Of a stretch of 64,000 nucleotides of DNA, positions 40,201 through 51,666 are shown in pieces. The notes below the pieces were generated by a model. The model made no database searches, was not told where the DNA came from, and was given only the letters and a program-made list of their open reading frames with translations. A program made the position numbers and the translations under genes. Numbering within the stretch: position 1 is the first letter of the stretch; each line of letters starts with the position of its first letter. Origin of the DNA: Lingula anatina (taxonomy: Eukaryota > Animalia > Brachiopoda); NCBI GenBank assembly GCA_051362555.1, contig CM120641.1:27534401-27598400 (forward strand), in the 5' to 3' direction.

Positions 40201-43200
40201 TCGTTTAAGATAATAATAATAATAATAGATAAAAATAGCGAAGACAATATTTTGACCATTTTTGCATCCATTAAACAGAACATCATGGTTGAAACTTTTT
40301 CACTTCATAATGAATCTCACTGTTTTAGTTCTAACGTGATCGAATATATTTGTATAATCCTTTCAGTTTAAAACACATTCGTTTTGTTTTCAGTTAATTT
40401 ATAAGAACGGTATAAATGCACATTTGTTTACTATTTGCTTCAAAGCTGGTGAAGGCACAAGTACACGGACAAACAACACCAACTTAATGAATAGAAAAAC
40501 CCTTCTGAATACTACCGATACTACCGAGGTCATGGCCACTTCACCAAGCGAGGAGTATTTCTAGTAAGATAATCATTCCATGAAGATTGATGAGTGCCTT
40601 TCGGAAAGTCTGCCTCTTGCTGCATTTGGCGCAAGAAAAGTTTTAAATGCAAGACATTGTATATATGCACGAAACAAAGTCAACTTAAAATTAAGATTGT
40701 TTTAACAGTATATGAATAGTTATTAATTTTAAAATATGAATAGTTATTAATTAACTGTAGATTGTTTGACTGCTTTAATCGACGCTATGGTGTACATGTA
40801 GTTTAACAATTGTAGCCGTAAAGTCCTGGAGATGACTGATGGGATAGAGAATTCAGGGGGTCTCAAATGGGACCTTTCCCTGTGTCTTCTGCTGGCCTGG
40901 TTGATTGTGTTCTTGGTCTTGATTAAGGGTATAAAGTCCCTGGGGAAGGTGAGCAACATGGCAGCAAATTAACGCATGTCCTTCCAACTTTCTGTCGATC
41001 CATTTAGTTTGTGTTAAGTGGTGCAGAAGCGGGTTCTAAATGTATTTGTTACCAAGCACTTATAAGTAAAACAATACAAAAACAAGCTGTACATGTACAC
41101 CATGTACCTCGTCTGTTTCCAGGCATCCAACTTATTACTGCTTTTGATGTTAATGTCAGATGTCAGATCGTTCACGTTTTTTAAGTAACCAAAAACAAAG
41201 ATACACTTAATATATTTATCCTTTACAGGCTGTTTATTTTACTGCCCTTTTCCCTCATGTCATCTTGGCCATTCTCCTTGTACGTGGTGTTTTACTGGAA
41301 GGATCCGCAGAAGGCATTAAGTATTATCTGACGCCTGATTTTACTCGACTTCTAGACTCTGAGGTAATCATGTTTTCATTTCTTTTATTCTTAGAATTCT
41401 ATTCAATGGTGATGTTATCCTTGGTCGCTTTAATGACCTTTGTGTGAAGGTTATGATTGCTTTAGTTTCTACTGTTTTTAATCGTCAGGTTTGGAGTGAC
41501 GCAGTCGTTCAGAATTTCTATTCGCTCAGCGTATCTTTGGGAGGCCTGATAGCGATGTCAAGCTACAACAAGTTCCACAACAACTGCTTCAGGTAAACTG
41601 AGCTGTTAAACAAATTCTTACTATTCAATATCTGTTTACAATTGAATTATGCCTGTTTTTTGGTTTTAAACTTCTTTTAAAGCTTAAATAAGGAAAAATT
41701 GAATGAGCATATCGATAAACATCAAACTTAGACATAGTAAGTTTAATATGCATTTTTGTTAAGACAATAATTTGTTAGTAATAAAGCACGAACTCAACGG
41801 GCGCGGAGTGGAAGACGTACGGCAAGCACTAAAGCTCTAAAAGTTTGATGAAGTGAATAAATGTTGGCTTACTTTAAATTTATCTGTAAGATCTAACAAT
41901 GTATAATATAATACAAACACATGGCACGATTATTCCTAGGGACGCACTAATTTGTTCCCTTATGAACTGCGGGACTAGCGTTTATGCTGGATTTGTTATC
42001 TTCTCCGTGCTTGGCTACATGGCGCATATATCTGGAAAAGATGTGGCTGATGTTGCTAGTCAGGGTACGTGTGTTTGTATGTCAAGTTCAGGTTTTCATA
42101 ACATCAAGATGGTCTGTACTTGAAACAAGAGTAAAATGCAGGCACGAGATGACGCACGCGCGCATAAATGATACAATAAAATACACATAATGATGAATGT
42201 TACCATGTCGTTGGCGTTGGTCAAAGTACCCTTTTCAGAAAAGAAAAAAATGTAAATTTTCCCATTCAGTGACTTGTGGCATTCTCACTTGGAGTAAACG
42301 TAAGATAACACAGTGTTTTGTTTCAGGCCCTGGTCTTGCCTTCATCGTGTATCCAGAGGCCATATCCCAGATGCCGTTACCGACACTGTGGGCCATTCTG
42401 TTCTTCTCCATGATGCTGTTACTGGGATTCAGCGCACAGTTTTCCATGGCAGAGACCGTTTTGAGCAGTATAATGGACGAATATCCACATATTCTACGTG
42501 TTAGTAAATGGAGGGAAACCATCATGCGGGGCGTCGTGTGCGGAGTGTGTTTTCTGCTCGGCCTGCCGATGTGTACAAGGGTTAGTTTTTTTTTTTTTGT
42601 AGGATCTTTTCAGGTCGTATAGGTATTTGAAATATCAAAACGATTATATTGATCTGTTTACGTTATTTGTTATAGAAAGAAATCATATGTCACTTCTCGC
42701 CACAAAAATCCCAGATGTGCTATCCCCGGCCGTGTATTAAGTGACAGTTATGCCACCCCCGGCCGTGTATTAAATGACAGTTACATGTATGCCACTAACA
42801 TATTAAATCCTAAACAAATTTTATTGAAATCATATATAGTTTAAAAATATTTCGAAACTAACAAGGAAAGTGTAGCACATATTGCCTTTACTTTTCGTAT
42901 GGTTTCAGGGTGGCCACTATCTATTAGATCTAATGGATCACAGTGTTGGAGGTTTCCCGTTGCTGTTTGTTAGTTTATTTGAATGCGTAGTTCTACAATG
43001 GGTCTATGGTAAGTAAGGGGTATTTTTTTCTTGTTTCTCGGTAACCTGCTGTTTGATAGTGTTCAAGGTTAAAGGTATTCAATATCTTTTACTATATGAG
43101 TATTTTATTTCATCTTGTATAAAGCACCTAAATACAGAAAAATTAATGGCAGAAGTGTTTGGTCAGTTGCACCAATATAGCTTGATTTCCCGGGCTGTCT

Positions 43201-44764
43201 TCTGAGACTAAAGGACTGGGTTCCCGTGCCGAGATCGATCCATCTGGATCGGTCTAACTCCCTTACTCCTTTAATTATCTTTACCCCGTAGCTGATTCGG
43301 TAGGCGTGACAGACATTTAAGCAGGTTAGCTGGTAGCAATTTAGTGAGACTCCCCAGGGAGTTAGACCGATCCAGATGGATCGATCTAGGCATGGGGACC
43401 CAGTCTAGCTCTGTGCTAGAGTAATCATTGGGGCCAGTGTGATCTGGTTAACAGTTAATGCTGATTTCTGGAAAGCGAAGCACGACGTTATGATAACGTC
43501 AAGATACCTTACTACGTAATGACAGTGCGTGCGTCAGTTATTTGTTTAATCTGATATAGAAATTATATGATTAGTACTGAAGTAACACGTCTACCGACTC
43601 ATATTGGGAGGAATTGGTGTTAAAATCATGAATCGAATATGTACGCTATAATAAATTAATTTTTTTTCATCGTTACCTACATGTATGTATTTTTTTTCAC
43701 TCCAGGATGGTCCAGGTTTTCTGAAGATGTGAAAATAATGCTTGGCAAGAAGCCTGGTATCTACTTTCGGATCACTTGGTGTTGTTTATCTCCACTTCTT
43801 ATGTTGGTAAGTGAACACTGGTAATAAAACCTTAACCGTTGAATGTGAGATGCAAATGCTGTTTTTTTTTTGTTTTTTTTTAATTTCCAATATTGCAAAG
43901 ATGAAAAACCGTAATTGAAATTGGCCTTTTCTTTCCTAGCCGAAGGTTTGTCTTACCTACATGTATAATTACATGTACAAGTGCATTCTTTTGCAGGCTG
44001 TCATTGTATTCAAATTTATCCAGTTGAAGCCATACATGTACCATGGCTATACATTCCCTGTATGGGCTCAGGCCATAGGTTGGCTTATTGCCTTGACCCC
44101 CGTCGCCCTCATCCCTGCCTGGTTCCTGGGAAGATACTGCTACGATGGCGGCTTCCAGGTTGGTGGCGATTGTTGATAACGAAAGCAACTACGCCTTGTT
44201 CACACTTATATTAAAATATTTTGTATTTTCAGTGAAGCTATTGGCATCTATAAGTCGGAAACGACATTGTCGCATTTAGTGGATTGAATATCGATCGCCC
44301 CATGCAGATACAGCTTTTAGATCTTATCAGTTTCATTCGTGTCCATCTCTTTCTTGTTTTGCACTTGAGTTTCTACGCCTTATATCAACTTTGCGTAGGA
44401 AAATAAAATAAGATTTAAACAAGGGGCACTGTAAGTCTGGTAGACCGTATTTCGTTTTCTCAGCCACGTGCTTTTCAATAGAATCTCTAGGTAAAGTAGT
44501 ATACTGGTAAGTACTATTGTGATTTATTCCAGACCAAATATTCAAATGTGTGACCTCATCAGATTACTTCCATATATTAATACGCCAAAGTAACATGATG
44601 TATGATTTTAGGCCTTGAAAAGAGCTGGATCACCGCAAGCTGACTGGGGACCTGCAAGAGCAGACGATCGCGATGGTACAATATACGACACAAAATCCAA
44701 GGCAAAAAATCTCTATGGCAACGGTACGTCCAACCCTGCCTTTGACCAATATCCATGCCAGTAG
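37260..44764 (+). CDS. SLC6 amino-acid-transporter-like protein, copy 3 (619 aa, 14 exons)
   Basis: Exons 37260-37274 (MQEEM), 39422-39593, 39766-39897, 40025-40180, 40446-40563, 40816-40948, 41229-41363, 41489-41592, 41940-42064, 42327-42580, 42909-43008, 43706-43806, 43997-44158, 44612-44764. All GT-AG, total 1860 nt, in frame. Confidence 0.92.
37490..38575. mobile_element. ~1.1-kb insertion in intron 1 of copy 3 with internal ~180-bp tandem duplication
   Basis: Flanks align to the copy 2 intron 1 but the insert does not. It begins after TTAA (GGTACG...) and ends ...CCGACC-TTA; 37480-37668 is repeated at ~37660-37840. Confidence 0.5.
43214..43405. mobile_element. MITE family A, near-perfect ~48-bp TIRs
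   Basis: GACTGGGTTCCCGTGCCGAGATCGATCCATCTGGATCGGTCTAACTCCC ... GGGAGTTAGACCGATCCAGATGGATCGATCTAGGCATGGGGACCCAGTC. Confidence 0.85.
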
Positions 44765-45709
44765 CAGTCCAAAAAATTAATAGAACAGTGGAATGGATGT
44801 ATGTTTCACTGTTTCATATGTGAACTGCAGAGTTTGTGGATTAAAAAAAGAAATTAAATTCCTTTATTCTTTATAAAATCAGGGCATTTTGCCCCACCTG
44901 GAACTGTTGTTTTGTTCATTAAAAAAGACACACATGTGGGAGGTCTTGTAGATAAGAATGGCGACTTTCTAAACCTTGATGATATTTGTTGTTTAAAAGA
45001 CCATCGAACGCCTACCAGTGAAAATTAATATACCTGTACAGTAATTGCTCGATACTTTCAGTGGGCAAAAATTATCACAGTTTCAGATTAGTAATATTAT
45101 AATCGCAAATATTATATTTCTTTACAGCTTTTGTGGTTTATTTACTACAGATAATAGAATTATAGAGTAGGCATCTTTCTAATTATGTTGCCAACACTCA
45201 AGAGAAATGTTCTAATCAAAAGAAAATAAATACTTAAAAAATTCAGTATTTGTAAAATTTGACCCCTCCCCTCCCCCCAGTAAAAAGATCGAGTAATTTC
45301 GTGGTTCACAATGATATAAAACTCACAACGTTACATACAGTCTGTCATAGACATTTTTATAATGGATGTAAAATACTTAAATGCCATTTTGAAGGCAAAA
45401 CTTTCAAAAAGAAAAAACCGAGTCAAATGACATGAAAAACTCTGGATTGAAATTTAGACATAAGCTTACGACCATTGACTCCCAACGCTAAGATATAATT
45501 AAGATAATGACAAGTGTTCTTTCTATGGAAAAGAAAAGGAAGACTTCATATCTATGCTACAGAGAAAGATATCTATGAAATGAGCTAGAACAAACAATTT
45601 TAAAAGACCGGTAACAAAGTATCGTTTAACATGCAGAATATTTTGGTAACACTTGCAGTAGGTTCAATCCAATCCATGATGCACACATACATGTATGACC
45701 AAATAGACA

Positions 45710-46145
45710 CGGTGGGGTGAGTCCAGTCCATAAGAGGGGTGTTGGTCGGATTGATTTCATCCCATAGGAGGGGTGTCAGGTGGGGCGAGTCCATTTTATA
45801 TGAGGGGTGTCAGGTGGGGCGAGTCCATTCCATGCAAGGAGTGTCAGGTGGGGCAAGTCTATTACATTGGAGGGGTGACAGGTGGGACAAGTCCATTCCA
45901 TTCGAGGGGTGCCTGGTGAGAGTCTATTACATTGGAGGGGTGACAGGTTGGTCAAGTCCATTACATTCGAGGGGTACCAGGTGAGGCGAGTCCATTACAT
46001 TGGAGGGGAGACAGGTGAGACGACTCCATTACATTTAAGGGGTGACAGGTTGGTCGAGTCCAATCAATGGGGAAAGCCTATTCCCTTGGAGGGGTCTCAG
46101 GTTGGGCGGGGCTATTCCATTTACGGGGTGTGTAAGGTGGGGCTT
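45710..46145. repeat. G-rich minisatellite, ~28-29-bp unit, roughly 14-15 degenerate copies
   Basis: Consensus approximately GAGGGGTGACAGGTGGGGCGAGTCCATTACATT. Confidence 0.85.
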
Positions 46146-47058
46146 TTCCAATCAGTGGTAGGGGAAATTTTAAAGGGTTTTAAATTTACCTATTTTGCAA
46201 TGAAATCACACAGGTTTATTGCACTTTATAAATGTATGAAGTTCAAAATTGTTTCCTAAAATGCGCGAATGTAGCAGAAATATACTTCTTATATATTATT
46301 TCTAATTATCTCAATTTGGTTGAGAACAAGAACTGAAAAAATGTTTTAAAAAATCTGAAAAAAAAACTTTCAAAACCTAAATTTAGGCAAATTTCAACTC
46401 TCAAAAAATCTGGTTTAAATTTACATGTCAATCTTTCCACTTTTTCATTTTTCTTTTCAAATTTAAAATTGAAGTATCAATAAAACAGTTCACGGTAACA
46501 AAATTCAGAACCCATTTCCGACTTTCTGCAACCCCACAAAATTCTTTCCTTACTTATTATTATTATTATAGTTTTGATCAAGTCATATTTTAGTACTCGG
46601 CAATAAATTGCAGATTTACTTTTTGTCTCGTGGCCAATTACTTAATGAAAATTTTGTGTTAATTCTCATAACCGTTTGGCATTAATAAAAGCGGCCTTAA
46701 CTGGTCAAATATCAATCAGCCTTTATACTGTTTGTAAAGTTACTTTACTAATGCGATCATATACTACGCGATATGGAGGAGATATGAATCTAAAGTTATA
46801 CAAATTTGATCTATAAACGTATGGTGTTGGGAACTATTTTGGATTTTTCTTCGGTGTTTTTAAACAGCTTAAATACTCAAATCCCAAAATCGCCAATCAC
46901 AAAAAAAAACAAGGATATTATTTACAGATCGGAGTAAGCATATCGAATTTGAAAATTCTCAAACACGAAATAATAAAACTCATTTCATCTTATCATTATT
47001 TATATCTTTATCATCACAATTTCATAACAAAATGAAAATAAAACGTCTTATTTCAAAA

Positions 47059-47477
47059 TTTATTCAGTTTTCATATAACGGATGCTCGAAGGAGGTTCCT
47101 ATGTGTGAAACAAAGGCTAGGCACCGTAGGTTGCTTGCAGGCATGCTGTGCAGAATCCCGTTGATCTTCTGAAAAGAGAAAATAATGCTTACAACATTGG
47201 ACTAAACAAACAGGCTTTTAACAAACGAATAATGCATTTTATAACGCAAGGAGGGGGTACTTATAACTGAAATGACGTGCCTGTTTATTGAATTGTCTGA
47301 TGTTCAGGCTGAGCTTAAGCAAAAAAAAAACAACTAAGTAAGCCTTACGCCAAAGTTATGCTCTGGAATTAATTAATGATATAACTATTTGACCCCTCTT
47401 CCCAAAAAACATTGATAACACAACCTGTTTCATTTGCGGCATGGGGGATGTTATTACTGTGACTGTGTTGGCACAGT

Positions 47478-47541
<64 letters not shown>

Positions 47542-48310
47542 ACCGCCAAAAGGAGTGCTAACACAAGAATTTTCGTGCTAGTGTAAGCGCTGCTATGAAA
47601 ATAATTTATAAAACCTTAAATGAAAAAATTACAAATACTTATTTACAAGTGAAAATCAATAATAATGAATGAAACCCAGAAGAGACAAAATTAGCCAAAA
47701 GATCATTTTAAAGGTTTTTTAATTCCTTTTTATACTATCGCAATTGTCGTCAGAAGGGACGTTTGTGTTGTTGATAAAATTAATTTGACTATGACGTGAT
47801 ACACACGTTGATGTTTTACACTTATCCTTGGATCAGTAAATCAGAACTGTAACAAGCTCCATCTAATTAATAAATCAGTGATCTTGGTTGTAATGCTTAC
47901 ATTAAAACACACTCGACATTCAATTACATCAAAATATATTCGAAATCAAATGTCATGGGCCACACAAACTGTTCAAACAGAGCTTAAAGATTTCAAGCAA
48001 ACGTGCCGGTAGGTTATCATAAAAAGTCGACTGAGAGCACCAATGCATTGCAACCAAAAAATTCTACCATTCTGAGTGACATACAATTAACAATGGTAAT
48101 AGTATTACAAATATTCATGCCTATAAATATTTGTCGAAAAAATCCTTTCATTCGTCTGCACCTTTAGCATTTAATGGTTATTGAAGAAATGGTGATACTC
48201 ACAAACATGATTTGCTTTTACGCCTTATAAAAGCTCGACCTTGTGACTGCACCACAGTGTTGCGTCTACACCCGACGCCGCCCAACTACCGAGTGAGGAC
48301 TGGGGAAGAC
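47059..48310 (-). other. Putative small spliced transcript (ncRNA or 36-aa micropeptide)
   Basis: CpG-rich first exon ending ATG TTT|GTGAGT (48203), strong acceptor TTTTCTCTTTTCAG| (47168), AATAAA at 47059-47064. Confidence 0.45.
47482..47536. repeat. (TA)n microsatellite
   Basis: ~27 AT dinucleotides. Confidence 0.95.
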
Positions 48311-49845
48311 AGCTCGCACTACGGTGAGCAGCTTATTGTTATGCAAATTACGACAGGTATGGCTCATTTATTGTGAGAGGTCATTACTGAAACCCTCGGC
48401 CCCGTAACTCGAAAGCATCGCGTTTTGCGAATAGCGATATCACATAGAGGCTACAGTGTAGTATATGGGGCGAGTATGGGCGAGTTATGGAATCGAGACG
48501 CTTATTTATAAGACAAAATTGTTTTTATTTGCTACATATAGTAAATATTCAGATATTTTTGTTTCAGAGTTTTTCATTTTGTCGAATTTTTTCAAAGTCA
48601 GTTTGGGAAAAATAACTGAAGATAACAATCCGGAATCATGTACACATAAAAGAAACAAACGACTATGTCTAAGTCACCTATGGTATCTTTTGCGTGGTTT
48701 TCGGTGTGCCTCCGTGTCACTGTCATGCTCATTACCAAACTTTCATAGCTTCTTGTTGTACACGTAGGTCTCCTTTACCCAGTGTTTTTTAAAACACACT
48801 TTCATTAGGATTATCCTATCCCAAGAATGATATTTTTTTCTAACAAAATATCTAGACAATAAAATACATATTGTTACTCGCCAAATTTACTTCTAACTTC
48901 ATGTTTTACATGTTCGAACATAAAGTCGGCATTGACTGAAAAGAAGACATTTGAATGTATATTAAAATATACGACCTTTGGTGGCATTTTAAGGACATGT
49001 CTGGTCGACAGGTAAAATTGCTAAACGCTGAAATTATAAGACAGTGCAAGGCACTCGTGTTATATATCCGTATGGAACACTGCTCATCACGTTTCAAACG
49101 GCAGGTTTCCATTAGGTAGGGTAGAAACCTCAATATATCTACCTCGTTTGAACTACTAATTCATCAAATACTCTAAAAATCAGTTTAATGAAATACAAAT
49201 GTGTACATATACATTTCAGGGCATTTACATGGAATACTAGCTGTACAGTGTGCCAACTTGTCCCGACCCTGGGGCCCCCTTGACGTCAGGTATGGTTTTT
49301 GTCAAATTATGGGCCATCTGGCATTATACTTCAATTTATATTTCTTTTGCAAAAAAAAAAAGTAAATATTTGATAAAGCTTTCTGTGATTCAGTATGGTT
49401 TACTAAACCACACAGACATATAAATTGATATTACATTAAATAGTTTTAATCTTAAAGGACAACACATTAGAATCAAAGGGGACGTTTCTTTAATTTTCTC
49501 ACAATAGTCGTTATTGAATGTATAGAATGGAGTATGCTGAATAATAATTACAAACGGCTTTGGTTTTTTTGTACATTTATAAAGAATACAGGTATATGTG
49601 TCCACTTTTAGAACATACAAGTCGCCGTGTAGAATAGTTTGTAGAATATCTTGATCTCTAGTGGCATAAAATAAACCCACACTATTCACTCTTTAAATGC
49701 ACGCTTTTTCAAGAGCAAGTAAAGCTCCTCATCAAAGCCACATGGGTGTTATATTTCCATGCTAACAAGAAAACGGTGAGTTTGTCCAAGAGTTCTCGAA
49801 TCTTCAAAGTATCTTTTACTCATACAAAAGTTCTGTGGTTGAGAG

Positions 49846-51615
49846 TTATTCGTAGGAATATTGATCAAATGCAGGGTTGGATGAACCATTGCCATAGAGC
49901 GCTTTTGCCTTGGATTTTGTGTCGTACTTTGACCCTTCGCGGTCTTCCGCATTTGCAGGTCCCCAGTCAGCTTGCGGTGATGCAGAGCTCTTCAAGGCCT
50001 AGAAACGAAACATACACATAATATTAAAAAACTAAACTATTAAATCTTAAAAATTAGGATAAGTTTTATTTGTTTGTGTTAAAATATCGTCGTTCAATAT
50101 CAATCGCCACCAACCTGGAAGCCGCCGTCGTAGCAGAATCTGCCAAGGAACCAGCCGGGGATGAGGGCGATAGGAGTAAATGCAATCATCCATCCCATGG
50201 CCTGGGCCCATACAGGGTAAATGTAGCCCTGGTACACGTGTGGTTTCAACAGAACGAACTTGAATGCTATGACAGCCTGCAAAGAAAACATGAGAAGGAT
50301 ACAGGACATCAAGAGGAGGGACAATCCCCAGGGAACCGTTTACGTATTGTGTATTATATAAATTTGCGGCAAAACAATGCCAAATTTGAAGAAAAGTTCA
50401 GATTTTAATCAGTTTTCTACATTTTTATCCTGCGTTCTTCACTTTCGAGTTACAAATGACTAAACTACTGTAATGCTATTTTTGCAACATGGGCAGCTGT
50501 CTTAAAACTGACTGACAATTCAGTAGCAGCTTGCTACACGTAGTAAGACATTTAAACTGACATGGTAACTGTATTTCCACCAGTAAAGTTCTCAGAGTCA
50601 CTTACAAACATGAGAAATGGTGAAACGTAAACCCACATAATCCGGAAATATATGTTAGGTTTCTTGCCAAGCATCATTTTGACGTCCTCAGAAAACCTGT
50701 CCCATCCTAGAAGAAAGAATTTTTTTAAAAAAAATCTGATTAACTTATTCGATAAATGAAACTGGAAGCCCAAGTCACTAGAGAGCAAATAATAGTAACA
50801 GTCATAATGACCATAATAGAAAAAATACAAATCTGGTGAAATCCTACATGTTAAAGGGCGGTTGATCGAAAATGGCACGTCAATGAGGAAACGACACATA
50901 CCATAGACCCACTGCAGCACTATGCATTCAAATAAGCCAACAAACAGTAGCGGGAAGCCGCCAATATACGTGTCCACTAAGTCAAATAGAAAATGACCAC
51001 TCTGGAAATCGAAAAAAAATACATATAAAGAGCATAATAAGCGGACACCAGTAGCATTTACAAAGAAAGGTTTCCCCATGTCCAATTTACGTGTTAAAAT
51101 TTCATTAAATAACAACAATATTCAAAGACAACATTATATAGTTATATTAATTTTTTTCTATTCCATTCGTACCCTGTGAATTAAAGATGCCTGTAATCTG
51201 TATAAATAATGGAATTAAAGAGAAACAATATGAAGTGCATAGACTTACCTTTGTACACATGGGCAAACCGAGCAAGAAAAACAATCCACACGCGACACCC
51301 CGCATAAGGATTTCCCTCTTTTTATTAACGCGTAGAATATGTGCGTAATCATCCATTATGCTGCTCAATACGCATTCCACTATGGAGAATTGGGAGCTGA
51401 AACCTAGCAGCATCATCATGAAAAAGAACAGAATGGCCCACAGTGTCGGTAACGGCATCGTGGATATGGCCTCTGGATAAACGATGAAGGCAAGACCAGG
51501 ACCTGAAATATGGCAATCACAAATCTTTGCAAAAATTCTAAAACAAAATATCACTTGCAATTCCACAACCATTTTCTCTTAAATTATGTCCTTCAAGTAA
51601 TGACGAAACTCCCGT

Positions 51616-51666
<51 letters not shown>

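Noticed and set aside
45600-46259. Repetitive ORFs and CRISPR-like periodicity
   Set aside because: Tandem minisatellite without unique spacers in a eukaryotic context; the ORFs are by-products of the repeat.
48250-48270. CAGTGT as an iron-responsive element loop
   Set aside because: The flanking bases do not form the required 5-bp upper stem.
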